Origin: Longimicrobiales bacterium | GTDB lineage: Bacteria; Gemmatimonadota; Gemmatimonadetes; Longimicrobiales; Gaopeijiaceae | Length of the DNA: 64,000 nt | NCBI GenBank assembly: GCA_965218255.1 | Contig: CBDCKJ010000002.1 | Span: 297,288-361,287 of the forward strand | Direction of reading: 5' to 3' | Part shown: positions 10,241 through 20,780 of the stretch, in pieces | Layout: the number at the start of each line of letters is the position of its first letter | Numbering within the stretch: the first letter of the stretch is position 1 | Translations under genes and position numbers: made by a program | Notes under the pieces: model-generated | The model's database searches: none | Seen by the model: only the letters and a program-made list of their open reading frames with translations | What the model was told of the DNA's origin: nothing

Positions 10241-13200
10241 ATGATCGATTTTCCCCGCTCACGAGACGCTCGCGGCTCGGACTTCGATTTCATCAGGATA
10301 AAGATCGCCTCGCCCGAGGAGATCCGGAGCTGGTCGTACGGGGAGGTGACGAAGCCCGAGACGATCAACTACCGATCCTTCAAGCCCGAGAAGGATGGAC
10401 TGTTCTGCGAGAGGATCTTCGGTCCGGTAAAGGACTGGGAGTGTCACTGCGGGAAGTTCAAGCGGATCCGCTTCCGCGGGCACGTGTGCGACCGGTGCGG
10501 GGTGGAGGTGACGCTCTCCAAGGTGCGCCGCGAGCGGATGGGGCATATCGAACTCGCCGTGCCCGTCTGCCATATCTGGTTCTTCAAGACGCTCCCCTCG
10601 CAGCTCGGCTACCTCGTCGGGATGTCGCTTCGGGACCTGGAGAAGGTCATCTACTACGCCTCGTACGTGGTGGTGAACTCGGGCATTCAGGAGCTCGAGT
10701 TTCTCCACCTCCTCGATGAGGACGAGTACTACGACATGCGCGTGAAGGCGCGGGAAGATGGGGACGAGGAGTTCAAGGCTGAGATCGGTGCGGAGGCGGT
10801 CCGTACCCTGCTTCGCCTCCTCGACTCTCCCGAGCGGCCCGTTGCGAAGAAGAACAAGGACGGGAAGGGGCTCGACCGGCTGGCGGAGTGGCTCCGCGAG
10901 GAGATCCGGACGGAGACCTCGCAGCACAGGAAGAAGAAGAAGCTGAAGCGCCTTCGGGTGGTGGACGCGCTCAGGAACTCGGGCGGTACCCTCGACGACA
11001 GGAACCGGCCCGAGTGGATGGTCATGGACGTGGTCCCGGTGATCCCTCCGGACCTGAGGCCCCTCGTCCCCCTCGACGGGGGCCGCTTTGCGACGTCGGA
11101 CCTGAACGATCTCTACCGGCGCGTCATCAACCGGAACAATCGGCTGAAGAAGCTGATCGAGATGCGGGCCCCGGAGGTGATCCTCAGGAACGAGAAGAGG
11201 ATGCTTCAGGAGGCGGTCGATGCGCTCTTCGACAACGGCCGGCGCTCGAAGGCGATCCGGGGGCGCGGGAAACGGCCGCTCAAGTCCCTCTCGGACATGC
11301 TGAAGGGCAAGCAGGGACGCTTCCGCCAGAACCTCCTCGGCAAGCGCGTCGACTACTCCGGGCGCTCCGTCATCGTGGTGGGGCCCGAGCTCAAGCTCCA
11401 TCAGTGCGGCCTCCCGAAGGCGATGGCCGTCGAACTCTTCAAGCCGTTCATCATCCATGAGCTCGAGCGGCGGGGAGAGGCGGAGACGGTCAAGCGGGCG
11501 AAAAAGATCGTCGAGGAGAACGACGCGAAGGTCTACGAGGTGCTCGAGGACATCATCCGCGATCACCCGGTTCTCCTCAACCGCGCCCCGACGCTTCACC
11601 GGCTCGGGATCCAGGCATTCGAACCTGTTCTCGTCGAGGGGAAGGCGATCCGGGTTCACCCCCTCGTCTGCGCCGCATTCAACGCCGACTTCGACGGGGA
11701 TCAGATGGCGGTTCACCTGCCGCTCTCCTTCGAGGCACAGCTCGAAGCCCGCGTCCTCATGCTCTCGTCGAACAACGTGCTCCTCCCGTCGAACGGCCGC
11801 CCGGTCGCGGCGCCGACGCAGGACATGGTGCTGGGGTCGTTCTACCTGACGAAGGCCCCGCTCGAGATCCAGGACCTGGAACGCGCCGCCGCGGACGTGA
11901 CCGCGAGCAAGAGCGTGCGGGCCGGGGTGCTCGGCAGGCTCGAGGAGGCGTACAGGGACGCCCCGCGCTACGGGATGTACGGGGAGGTCGACATGGCGCT
12001 CGTCGCCGAGCATGTCGGATTCCACGATCTCTGCTGGTACTGGTTCGTGAACCCGAATGAGATCGGGGAGGGGAAGGAGGTGTCCGGTCGGTGGATTCCG
12101 ACGACGGTGGGTCGGGTCCTCTTCAACTCGATCATCCCTGACGAGATCGGCTTCCTGAACCAGGCCTTCGGGAAGCGCGAGCTCGGGGACCTCGTCTTCC
12201 ATTGCTTTACCGAGGTCGGGCTCGCGCGCACCACCGAGTTCCTCGATGCGCTGAAGGACTTCGGGTTCCGCTACGCCACGCTCGGGGGCGTGAGCGTGGG
12301 GATCGACGACCTGGAGGTCCCGCCCGAGAAGGTGGAGATCCTCCGCGAGGCCGAGGAGCAGGTATCGCGCTTCCAGCGCGCGTATGCTTCCGGGTTCATC
12401 TCGAATGGCGAGCGCTACAACAAGGTGATCGATACCTGGACGCACGCGAATAACGATGTCGCCGACGCGATGGTCGGGAGGCTCGAGCGCTCGAAGAACG
12501 GATACAACCCGGTCTACATGATGATGGTGTCCGGCGCTCGGGGTAACCGCGACCAGATGCGCCAGCTCGCCGGGATGCGGGGCCTCATGGCGAAGCCGCA
12601 GAAGAAGCTCACCGGCGGGATCGGCGAGATCATTGAGAGTCCGATCAAGTCGAACTTCCGCGAGGGGCTGAGCGTGGTCGAGTACTTCATCTCGACGCAC
12701 GGGGCGCGCAAGGGGCTCGCCGATACTGCGCTCAAGACGGCGGACGCGGGCTACCTGACCCGGCGCCTCGTAGACGTTTCTCAGGACGTGACGGTGAGCG
12801 AGGAGGACTGCGGCACGATCCGGGGACTCGAGATGACGGCGCTCAAGGAGGGCGAGGACATCATCGAACCGCTGAAGGACCGGATCGTCGGGAACGTCGC
12901 GCTCGAGGACGCCGTGGATCCGCTCGACGAGGAGCTCCTCATCAGGGCGGGCGCCGTCGTGAACGAGACGACCGCAGATGCCATCGAGGAGGCGGGAATC
13001 CAGATGGTGAAGATCCGTTCCGTCCTGACGTGCGAGGCCCGCCGGGGCGTCTGCCGCATGTGCTACGCACGCAACCTCGCCACGATGGAGCTCGTGGATA
13101 TCGGCGAGGCGGTCGGGATCCTCGCGGCGCAGTCGATCGGCGAGCCGGGGACCCAGCTTACCCTCAGGACCTTCCACATCGGGGGGACCGCGGCGAGAAT

Positions 13201-14557
13201 CGCCGCCCAGACACAGCGAAAGTCGAAGATCGACGGGGTCGTGGAGTTCGAGCGCGTGAGCACGGTCGAGGATGGGGGCGGCGAGCGGGTCGTGACCTCG
13301 CGGGAGGGTCAGATCATCCTCAAGACAGAGGGAGGTCACGTCCGCAGTCGCCTGTCGATCCCGTACGGCGCGACGCTCGCCGTCAAGGAGGGCCAGTCGA
13401 TCCAGGCTGGCGAGCTGGTCTTCACCTGGGACCCGTACTCGGAGCCAGTCGTGGCCGATACGGCGGGGGTCGCCCGGTTCGTCGACATCGTGGACGATCA
13501 GACGATGCGCGAGGAGCTCGACGAGTCCACAGGACGCCGGCAGACCGTGATCACCGAGGACCGCAACAAGAAGCTCCACCCGACGATCCAGATCTGGAGC
13601 ACTGCGGACGACCACCCGGAGAAGCTTCGCGAGTATATCGTCCCGGTCGGCGCGCAGCTCATCGTCAAGGACGAGGAAGAGGTGCTCCCGGGCGCCACGC
13701 TGGCCAAGATCAGCCGCGAGGTCTACAAGACGCGCGACATTACGGGAGGGCTGCCCCGGGTGGCCGAACTCTTCGAGGCGCGGCGCCCGAAGGATCCGGC
13801 CGTCATCACCGAGATCGACGGTGGCGTCCGCTTTGGGGACATCAAGCGCGGAAAGCGCGAGGTGATCATCACCCCCGAGTCCGGCGCGCCGCGCACCTAC
13901 GAGGTGCCGGTCGGCAAGCACATGCGGGTCCACGAGGGCGATCATGTTCGGGCCGGAGACCGGCTCTCCGAGGGCCCCATCAACCCTCACGACATCCTGA
14001 GGATCAAGGGCCCGCGGGCCGTGCAGGAGTATCTTCTTAACGAAATCCAGGAGGTCTACCGCCTCCAGGGTGTCAAGATCAACGACAAGCACATCGGGGT
14101 GATCGTCCGCCAGATGCTCCAGAAGGTGCGGATCATCGATCCCGGAGGCACAAGTCTCCTCGAGGGAGAGCACGTGGATCGGATCGACTTCCGAGAGGTC
14201 AACCAGGCGGCGCTCGACCGGAGCGAGAGGCCGGCCCGCTCGGAACCGCTCCTCCTCGGGATCACGAAGGCGAGCCTCACGACCGAGTCCTTCATATCGG
14301 CCGCCTCCTTCCAGGAAACGACTCGCGTTCTGACGGATGCCGCCGTCCGGGGAGCGCGCGACAACCTGAAGGGGCTCAAGGAGAACATCATCATCGGTCA
14401 CCTGATCCCGGCCGGAACGGGGATCCACCGCTACTCGGCGATCGAGTTCATGGTGGATGAGACCTTCTACGACGAGGAGATCCTCCCGCTCTCCGGGCCT
14501 GGCGGGCTGATCCCCGGATTCACCGCGGAGGTCGAGGAAGAGGCGGTCGTCGACTAG
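10241..14557 (+). CDS. rpoC: DNA-directed RNA polymerase subunit beta'
   Basis: 1438 aa with zinc finger [23 protein letters not shown] and catalytic [12 protein letters not shown]. Confidence 0.97.
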   Translation: MIDFPRSRDARGSDFDFIRIKIASPEEIRSWSYGEVTKPETINYRSFKPEKDGLFCERIFGPVKDWECHCGKFKRIRFRGHVCDRCGVEVTLSKVRRERMGHIELAVPVCHIWFFKTLPSQLGYLVGMSLRDLEKVIYYASYVVVNSGIQELEFLHLLDEDEYYDMRVKAREDGDEEFKAEIGAEAVRTLLRLLDSPERPVAKKNKDGKGLDRLAEWLREEIRTETSQHRKKKKLKRLRVVDALRNSGGTLDDRNRPEWMVMDVVPVIPPDLRPLVPLDGGRFATSDLNDLYRRVINRNNRLKKLIEMRAPEVILRNEKRMLQEAVDALFDNGRRSKAIRGRGKRPLKSLSDMLKGKQGRFRQNLLGKRVDYSGRSVIVVGPELKLHQCGLPKAMAVELFKPFIIHELERRGEAETVKRAKKIVEENDAKVYEVLEDIIRDHPVLLNRAPTLHRLGIQAFEPVLVEGKAIRVHPLVCAAFNADFDGDQMAVHLPLSFEAQLEARVLMLSSNNVLLPSNGRPVAAPTQDMVLGSFYLTKAPLEIQDLERAAADVTASKSVRAGVLGRLEEAYRDAPRYGMYGEVDMALVAEHVGFHDLCWYWFVNPNEIGEGKEVSGRWIPTTVGRVLFNSIIPDEIGFLNQAFGKRELGDLVFHCFTEVGLARTTEFLDALKDFGFRYATLGGVSVGIDDLEVPPEKVEILREAEEQVSRFQRAYASGFISNGERYNKVIDTWTHANNDVADAMVGRLERSKNGYNPVYMMMVSGARGNRDQMRQLAGMRGLMAKPQKKLTGGIGEIIESPIKSNFREGLSVVEYFISTHGARKGLADTALKTADAGYLTRRLVDVSQDVTVSEEDCGTIRGLEMTALKEGEDIIEPLKDRIVGNVALEDAVDPLDEELLIRAGAVVNETTADAIEEAGIQMVKIRSVLTCEARRGVCRMCYARNLATMELVDIGEAVGILAAQSIGEPGTQLTLRTFHIGGTAARIAAQTQRKSKIDGVVEFERVSTVEDGGGERVVTSREGQIILKTEGGHVRSRLSIPYGATLAVKEGQSIQAGELVFTWDPYSEPVVADTAGVARFVDIVDDQTMREELDESTGRRQTVITEDRNKKLHPTIQIWSTADDHPEKLREYIVPVGAQLIVKDEEEVLPGATLAKISREVYKTRDITGGLPRVAELFEARRPKDPAVITEIDGGVRFGDIKRGKREVIITPESGAPRTYEVPVGKHMRVHEGDHVRAGDRLSEGPINPHDILRIKGPRAVQEYLLNEIQEVYRLQGVKINDKHIGVIVRQMLQKVRIIDPGGTSLLEGEHVDRIDFREVNQAALDRSERPARSEPLLLGITKASLTTESFISAASFQETTRVLTDAAVRGARDNLKGLKENIIIGHLIPAGTGIHRYSAIEFMVDETFYDEEILPLSGPGGLIPGFTAEVEEEAVVD

Positions 14558-14652
14558 GCCGGCCCGGCCCGAGTGCGGAGGCGCTCGGGCCCGTCCGGCA
14601 CCGGGCGTCGAGGAGCCTGCGCGCGCAGGAGCCGTCGCCTGCGTCCGCGTTC

Positions 14653-14695
14653 CTACATTCTCGTAGGCATTCTGGCTTGGCCAACCTCGATGTAG
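14653..14695 (+). promoter_or_regulatory. pair of CTAC-N6-GTAG dyads (candidate enhancer/UAS), 29 bp start-to-start
   Basis: tcCTACattctcGTAGg at 14653-14666 and cCAACctcgatGTAGc at 14682-14695. Same motif, spacing and distance to a sigma-54 promoter as at 20556-20598. Confidence 0.5.
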
Positions 14696-14786
14696 CACGG
14701 GCCCGTTCGCCCCGGCCCTGTCCAGACGCGGCGCAAGTGGCTTTCCTTAAACACGATAGAGTTGTTGACCGCCTTTGGCCCGTGAG

Positions 14787-14802
14787 TGGCACGGGACTGG
14801 CA
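14787..14802 (+). promoter_or_regulatory. sigma-54 (-24/-12) promoter candidate for the porin gene
   Basis: TGGCACGGGACTGGCA versus consensus TGGCAC-N5-TTGC. GG and GC are correctly spaced. About 80 nt upstream of the ATG at 14881. Confidence 0.6.
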
Positions 14803-14880
14803 AAGCGTAACGGCGTGGTCCAAGGACCGGAGGCCCGCCCGGCGGGCGGCTCCATCACTACCGCCAGGAGAACGACGGAA

Positions 14881-15519
14881 ATGCAGAAAACCATCGGTTT
14901 CGCCACGATCATGCTTGCCCTCCTCGCCCCCCTCGGAGCGGAGGCCCAGGAGGCCGAGGTCTCCGCGAACGCGGGTTGGGTGAGTCAGTACTACTACCGC
15001 GGCCTCCTCCAGAAGAACTCTTCGGCGAGCGCCGGACTCGATCTGGCCGTCGGGCCGCTGTCAGTCGGGACGTGGTCCGCGGATGTGGGCGACGGGGCCG
15101 AGATCGACCTGTACGGCGGGCTCGGAGTCGATGTCGGGCCCCTGAGCCTGAGCGCGGGCGGGACAGGGTATTTTTACACCGGCGAGTTCGACGACACCTA
15201 CCTCGAGGCCAACCTCGGTGTGGGGGCTGGGCCGCTGAGCGCCGAATTCTCCATCGGGCAGTACGCAGGCTTCGGTGACGAGGAGGACTACTGGTTCCTC
15301 GGAATCACGGCGGAACAGGCCGGTTTCTACGGGACTTTCGGCACCTTCGGATCCGACTTTTCAGGGAGCTACGGGGAGGCCGGCTACGGCTTCTCGGCGG
15401 CCGAGCTGGACTTCACGATATCGGGCATCCTGAGTGACGCGGACCTTTCGGGCGACGCGGAGGGTGACGCGGAGTTGACCCTCGTCTTCGGAGTAGGCAA
15501 GACCTTCGATATCCGGTAG
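14881..15519 (+). CDS. outer-membrane beta-barrel protein, TorF-like putative porin family
   Basis: Internal ATG of ORF 14677-15519. 212 aa with signal peptide MQKTIGFATIMLALLAPLGAEA, then Gly/Tyr/Phe-rich alternating strands (GWVSQYYYRGL..., EIDLYGG..., GYFYTGEF...). Family call rests on recalled sequence pattern only. Confidence 0.55.
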   Translation: MQKTIGFATIMLALLAPLGAEAQEAEVSANAGWVSQYYYRGLLQKNSSASAGLDLAVGPLSVGTWSADVGDGAEIDLYGGLGVDVGPLSLSAGGTGYFYTGEFDDTYLEANLGVGAGPLSAEFSIGQYAGFGDEEDYWFLGITAEQAGFYGTFGTFGSDFSGSYGEAGYGFSAAELDFTISGILSDADLSGDAEGDAELTLVFGVGKTFDIR

Positions 15520-15728
15520 CCGGAGACCAGCGCACGCTGTTGCGCCCGGTTCGACCTCGCCACTGCAAGGTGGTGGTCACTGCCAACCGGGCGCGTGCTG
15601 TCATCACGGCTCCCCGGGCGGGGAACGCCGAATCCCGCTCTACTTCATGTGGACCACGAACGTCGCCGTCGAGGTGGCGGGCTCGCGAGCCGTCCCCACG
15701 GTGCCGAGGCGCGGGGCTTCGAGTGCGC

Positions 15729-16595
15729 TCATGGGGCCAGCGTGTCGTACGTGTTCGTCACGAATTCCTCCGGATCCCCGGGCCCGAAGCCTGCCGTCGG
15801 ATCCGAGGCCAGGATCTCCCCGAGCGAGTGCCCCTCGTCGATCCCGTCCTGGACCCGGTCCCGGATCGTCCGGAGCATCGCTCCGTACTCGATCAGGTCT
15901 TGGCGGGTGGCCACGGCGCCGTGGCCCGGGATGATCCTCGTGTCCTCGTCGATCACCTGGGCCACCGCCTCGACGAACCGGATGAGTCCGTTGATCGTGC
16001 CGCCGTTTCCTGTGTCGATGAACGGGAGGCCGTAGCGGACGAACACGTCCCCGGCGTGGATCACGTTAGCCTCCCGGAAATAGACCATCGCGTCGCCGTC
16101 CGTGTGAGCGCGGCCGAGGTGGAAGACGTCGATCGTCTGCCCGTTATAGTGGAAGCGGACCGACTGGTCGAAGGTGATCTCCGGGAGCGCCTCGGGGTTG
16201 GAGGCGGGCTGTGGTGTCGTTCCCACGAGCTGGTCGCTCAGCATGCGGATGCGGCTCTGCTCGTGGGCGACGATCGCCGCGCCGAGCCGCCCGAAGTTCT
16301 CGTTACCGCCCGTGTGGTCGTAATGGAAGTGGGTGTTGACGACATATTCCACGGGTGCATCGGTGAGCGCCCCGATCGCTGCCGCGATCCGCTCGGTGAG
16401 CGGGGCGTACTGGTCGTCCACGACGAGCACCCCGTCGTCTCCGATGGAGATGCCGATGTTCCCGCCGCTCCCCTGCAGCATGTAGATCGAGGGGGCGACG
16501 AGTTCGGAAGTGATCTCGGCATCGTCGAAGTCCTGGGCCGCCAGAGCCGCGGGCAAGGTAAGGAGCGTACCGATGACCGCTGCCGGATGTCTCAT
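15729..16595 (-). CDS. secreted MBL-fold metallo-hydrolase
   Basis: 288 aa with signal peptide MRHPAAVIGTLLTLPAALAAQ, HxHxDH motif (NTHFHYDHTGGN) and downstream His/Asp ligands (HTDGD, GHG). Confidence 0.8.
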   Translation of the reverse strand: MRHPAAVIGTLLTLPAALAAQDFDDAEITSELVAPSIYMLQGSGGNIGISIGDDGVLVVDDQYAPLTERIAAAIGALTDAPVEYVVNTHFHYDHTGGNENFGRLGAAIVAHEQSRIRMLSDQLVGTTPQPASNPEALPEITFDQSVRFHYNGQTIDVFHLGRAHTDGDAMVYFREANVIHAGDVFVRYGLPFIDTGNGGTINGLIRFVEAVAQVIDEDTRIIPGHGAVATRQDLIEYGAMLRTIRDRVQDGIDEGHSLGEILASDPTAGFGPGDPEEFVTNTYDTLAP

Positions 16596-17294
16596 GGCTG
16601 GCCTCGATGAGGTGGGTATTCGAAGGAATGCGCGCTGGCGCCTCGAGGGGCTGACTGCGCCCTGGCCCGGCTGCGCTACGGGTCACAATACGCCTTCCGC
16701 TGCGATCGAACAAAGGGCCTCCAGAGGACGCCGATCGAGGTCGATGACTGATCCCCGCGATGGTTCCCGAATTGCGGCTGGGCGCGCTCTGGCCTGAGAT
16801 GACGGCTTCGGACATCTCCTCCCCGCCGAGCGAAGCGCGGTGGAGGCCATTGAGCCTCTGGATCGCGCGGCGACCGTGGCCGGATCGCGTGTCCCGCGCT
16901 ACCTGCATTCGCTCTAATACGGATCGAAGAGGATACCGCCATCGCGTCCGAGCGGGGGCGCAGCAGTCATAGCGTGACCGAATTCGGAATCGTCTCTGGC
17001 GGTGGTTCCAAGGCCGTTCCTGAGCCACGACGGGGATCGAACGTCCGCTTGAGATTCGTGCGCGCCACAATTAGGAATGTGCGGGGCGCGATCGGAGAGG
17101 GGGCGAGAGCCTGCCCCCCCTCCGATCCATATTCCTCCCGGAGCGTGCAACTGCCACAAGGCGTTCAGATCGGCTGACAAGGGGTTCCCGACAGGGAGCG
17201 GTTGCCGACGCGAGACGGGGTTCCGGACCTGCTCTACCGCCCGGTCCGACCCGGGTGTTGTGGAACGTGCCGCGGGGCGAGGAAATGGGTAGGG

Positions 17295-18765
17295 ATGTGG
17301 AGTGAGCGAGGGGCAGCACTTCGCACTTTACCCAGACTGCGGCTTGCCCGGGCGGCGGTCTTCATCGGCTTGGCCTGGGCCGCCGCAGCCTGCACGGACC
17401 CGCCGACCGATATCAACACGAACCCGAAGGCGCCGAAGGACGTTCCGGCTGAGTTCCTGCTTCCGCAGGCGATCCGGAACTCGGTCCAGTCCGCGTTCGG
17501 AGCTCGGCAGATGCTGCGCCACACGGAAATCTGGCCTCAGCACTTCGTCCAGCTCCAGTATCCGGACGAGGAGCTGGGAGAGGTTTGTGTTCCCGGTATG
17601 GCGTCCTGCTGGACCGGCTACTGCGCCGGAGGCCTCAACGACCTCCAAGGGTGATCGAGAAGGGGCTCGAGGCCGGCGAGGCGAACATCGAGGGCGTCGG
17701 CCGCATCTGGAAGTCTTGGAGCTTCCACGTCGTGACCGACCTCGGGGGCGACGTGCCCTACAGCCAGGCGCTGTGCGGCGAAGAGAACACCGCGCCGGTC
17801 TACCATGTTCAGTCGGACATCTACGGCGGCCTGTTCGCCGATCGGGCGGCCGGTGCCTCGATGGTCGGGTCCGGCAGCGCCGACTTCGGCTCGGGCCCTC
17901 TGCTCTACGGGAACGACTTCGTCCTTTGGCGGAAGTTCGCCAACTTCCTCCGCATGCGCTTCCCGATGCGGCTCTCGGAGGTGGATCCGGACAAGGCCCG
18001 GTCGGAGTTCGCGGCCGCCTTCGCTGCGGGTGGCGTCAAGGGTAGCGCCGGGAACGCATTGCTCGACCATCCGGGCCCTCCCCACGGGAATCCCCTGTAC
18101 GGGGATTATCTCACGCACGATGACAACGGCGTGAGCCGGACCATGTCCGACGTGCTTGTGAGCCTCAACGATCCGCGTCTTGCATTGTACGCCGATCCCG
18201 CCACCCGGGACGGCGAGTACCGGGGCCATCGGAAGACCACCGATGATCTGCCGCCCGGGCAGTCGCTCGCCCGGCTCTCCCGCATCGGCAACTTCTAGTG
18301 CGCGGACGGAGCTTGGAGCCCGAGCGCGGTCATGACGTACGCCGAGGTCCTCTTTCTCCAAGCTGAAGCTGCGGCGAGAGGGTAGATCGGCAGGGGGGAT
18401 CCCGCGCAGCTCCATACGGACGGCATCGGGGCGAGCATGAGCTTGTATTACGCATGCGGGGTGGCCAACAGGTCGTCCGACGCTGACGTTCCGGCGTATC
18501 TGGCTCAACCGGAGGTCCAATACCGGGGACGGGGTGACATCCATAAGTGGATCGCACTCTGGATGAATGGGATGGAGGCGTGGTCCAACTGGCGTCGTAC
18601 GGGCTCGCGCCGGGCCCCGACCTTCTGATCGACCGGATCCCGATGCAGTTTTCCTACCCGGACAGTGAGCAGTCCTCAGAGCAGCACCATCCTTGAGGCG
18701 GCGATCTCGCGACAGGGCGGGGGCCTAGACCTGACCACGCCGATTTGGTGGGGTGTGAACGAACC
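17295..18765 (+). pseudogene. SusD-like (SusD-like_2 type) outer-membrane lipoprotein, decayed
   Basis: Lipobox LAWAAAAC. Family-typical blocks VTDLGGDVPYSQAL, MTYAEVLFLQAEAAARG, IALWMNGMEAWSNWRRTG, YPDSEQ and TTPIWW are spread over three frames, so there are at least 3 frameshifts. In-frame TAG stops at 18296 and 18383. Confidence 0.75.
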
Positions 18766-19030
18766 GGTGTCTGCCGGAAAGCTCCGTGATTCTGCGGTGG
18801 GGCGCCCGCCCTCCGGCGGGGCATGTGCTGGCGGGAGAGAGACCCCATGCCCCAAGTCGTCGTCGCATTCCGGCACCAGCATGACGGGCGTCGCTGTCAT
18901 TCCGGAACTGCGCTTCGGCGAAGGGGGCGTTGGGGCCCGGGCTATCGCTCCCCCCCGAATCCTACGAAAATGTATCCATGACGAGATCCGGATTGAATCT
19001 CGTTCTTCCTGTTATCCCCGGAGCGCCGCC

Positions 19031-20569
19031 TTGGCAAACTCCAGCGATCGGTCGGCCCCTCTTTCTGTCCTCCATGAGGCGAGCAATCTCCTGGACGAGA
19101 TGCCGGATCTGGCTTCGTCGGTTCAGCCGATCCTCGCTGCGCTCTCGCGCCACATGGAGGTCGAGTGTGCAATGCTCACCGTCCTGAACCGCCGGACTTC
19201 CGAGATCCTCGTCCACGAAGCCGTGGGTCTGACGGAGGATCAGCGGCAGCGTGCCCGGTACCGGCTCGGCGAGGGCGTCACGGGACGGGTTGTCGAGACC
19301 GGTGCCGCCGTCGTGGTCCCGTCGATCGCTATGGAGCCGCGTTTCCTCAGCCGGACGCGTCCCCTCGAGGAGCGCGACGAGACGGCCTTCATCTGCGTCC
19401 CCGTCCGGCAGGGGAATGAGACGATCGGGGCCCTCAGCGTCGAGCGCCCCTACAGCGAGACGGACTCCTTCGACGAGGACATCCGGGTCCTTTCCGTGCT
19501 GGCGTCGTTGATCGCTCACGCCGTCCGCCTCCGGCAGTTTGCAGAGGAAGAAAAGGCCCTCGTCGCGGAGAACCGGCGTCTTCAACGAGAACTCGCGGAC
19601 CGGTACAGGCCCGACAATATTGTGGGCAATTCCCGGGAGATGGTCCCGGTCTACGAGATGATCGGCCTGGTTGCCAAGAGTGATGCCACCGTGCTGATCC
19701 GGGGAGAGAGCGGCACGGGCAAGGAGCTGATCGCGCAAGCCGTGCACTACGCGAGCCAGCGATCCGAGGGGCCGTTCATCCGCGTCAACTGCGCGGCGCT
19801 CCCGGAGGGGCTTATCGAGAGCGAGCTGTTCGGGCATGAAAAGGGCGCCTTCACGGGTGCATTCCAGCAGAGAACCGGCCGCTTCGAGCGGGCCTCGCGC
19901 GGGACGATCTTCCTCGACGAGATCGGCGATCTCCCGCCTAGCGTACAGGTCCGGCTCCTTCGCGTGCTCCAGGAGCGCGAGTTCGAGCGGGTCGGGGGGA
20001 GCAAGGTGCTCAAGGCCGACGTCCGGGTCGTGGCCGCTACGAACCGGGAGCTCGAGGTCGACATGGGGGAAGGGCACTTCCGGACGGATCTCTACTACCG
20101 GCTGAATGTCTTTCCCATCCACGTCCCACCCCTCCGCGACCGCCGGACGGACATCATCCTCCTCGCCGACCACTTCGTCGAGAAGTACAACGGACGGCAC
20201 GGGCGCTCGATCGTCCGGCTCTCCACCCCTGCGATCGACCTCCTCATGGCCTACCACTGGCCGGGCAATGTCCGGGAGCTCGAAAATGCGATCGAGCGGG
20301 CCATCCTCCTGGCCGACGGGGATGTGATCCACGCCCGCCTCCTCCCGCCGAGCCTCCAGATGGCCAAGCCGGGAGACAAACGCTCCGGGCCGCTCAACGT
20401 CCAGCTGGATGCGCTCGAGAAGGAGCTGATTATCGATGCCCTGAAGGTGAACCGTGGGAATCGCGCCGCCGCCGCACGGCAACTCGGTATCACCGAGCGA
20501 GTCATGGGGCTTCGCGTCGTGAAGCACGGACTCGACGGGAGCGGACCCGTCCGGACTACAATCCTGTAG
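19031..20569 (+). CDS. sigma-54-dependent transcriptional activator, GAF-AAA+-HTH (NifA-like architecture, no receiver domain)
   Basis: GAF-like N-terminus, Walker A GESGTGKE, sigma-54 contact loop GAFTGA, and C-terminal Fis-type HTH ([16 protein letters not shown]). Start chosen at TTG 19031, preceded by GGAG. The track ORF runs from 18665 and an ATG alternative lies at 18881. Confidence 0.85.
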   Translation: MANSSDRSAPLSVLHEASNLLDEMPDLASSVQPILAALSRHMEVECAMLTVLNRRTSEILVHEAVGLTEDQRQRARYRLGEGVTGRVVETGAAVVVPSIAMEPRFLSRTRPLEERDETAFICVPVRQGNETIGALSVERPYSETDSFDEDIRVLSVLASLIAHAVRLRQFAEEEKALVAENRRLQRELADRYRPDNIVGNSREMVPVYEMIGLVAKSDATVLIRGESGTGKELIAQAVHYASQRSEGPFIRVNCAALPEGLIESELFGHEKGAFTGAFQQRTGRFERASRGTIFLDEIGDLPPSVQVRLLRVLQEREFERVGGSKVLKADVRVVAATNRELEVDMGEGHFRTDLYYRLNVFPIHVPPLRDRRTDIILLADHFVEKYNGRHGRSIVRLSTPAIDLLMAYHWPGNVRELENAIERAILLADGDVIHARLLPPSLQMAKPGDKRSGPLNVQLDALEKELIIDALKVNRGNRAAAARQLGITERVMGLRVVKHGLDGSGPVRTTIL

Positions 20570-20598
20570 ACGGGCCCGTGCATCCTACTGAATTGTAG
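20556..20598 (+). promoter_or_regulatory. pair of CTAC-N6-GTAG dyads (candidate enhancer/UAS), 29 bp start-to-start
   Basis: aCTACaatcctGTAGa at 20556-20569 (overlaps the activator stop codon) and tcCTACtgaattGTAGga at 20585-20598. The second dyad is centred about 98 bp upstream of the -24 GG. Confidence 0.5.
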
Positions 20599-20687
20599 GA
20601 ACGTCGTCGCTCCGAGAGGCCCTCGCGGGCCGTGGGTTCGTCGTGTAAGGCTAGCTTTATCAACATCATAGAGACGGTGGGGTGCTT

Positions 20688-20702
20688 GTGGCACACCGCT
20701 TG
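20688..20702 (+). promoter_or_regulatory. sigma-54 (-24/-12) promoter for amtB-glnK
   Basis: TGGCACACCGCTTGC matches TGGCAC-N5-TTGC exactly. About 80 nt upstream of the amtB ATG. Confidence 0.75.
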
Positions 20703-20780
20703 CGGGACACACTCGCCGTACCCATCGCGGACCGCGCGATGCGCACATCCACGCTGGACCGATTCTCGGAGAGATGAACC

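Noticed and set aside
10259-14698. 1,479-aa ORF antisense to rpoC. Similar cases are 6690-9995 antisense to rpoB, 38233-41781 antisense to fusA/tuf, and 1373-2683 antisense to tuf.
   Set aside because: These ORFs lie opposite unambiguous conserved genes. Their translations are Arg/His/Pro/Leu/Asp-rich and match no family I recognise. Long open antisense frames are expected in high-GC DNA because stop codons are rare.
16596-17294. Possible SusC (TonB-dependent receptor) remnant upstream of the SusD-like pseudogene.
   Set aside because: Hand translation of the frames ending near 17290 shows no TonB-dependent-receptor-like C-terminus or beta-strand pattern. Nothing supports a call without a profile search.
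18665-19030. N-terminal 122 codons of the 634-aa track ORF for the sigma-54 activator.
   Set aside because: This part overlaps the tail of the SusD-like pseudogene, where the same frame encodes its TTPIWW end. It also precedes the GAF domain by an implausibly long low-information stretch. A shorter start (19031, or 18881) is more likely.
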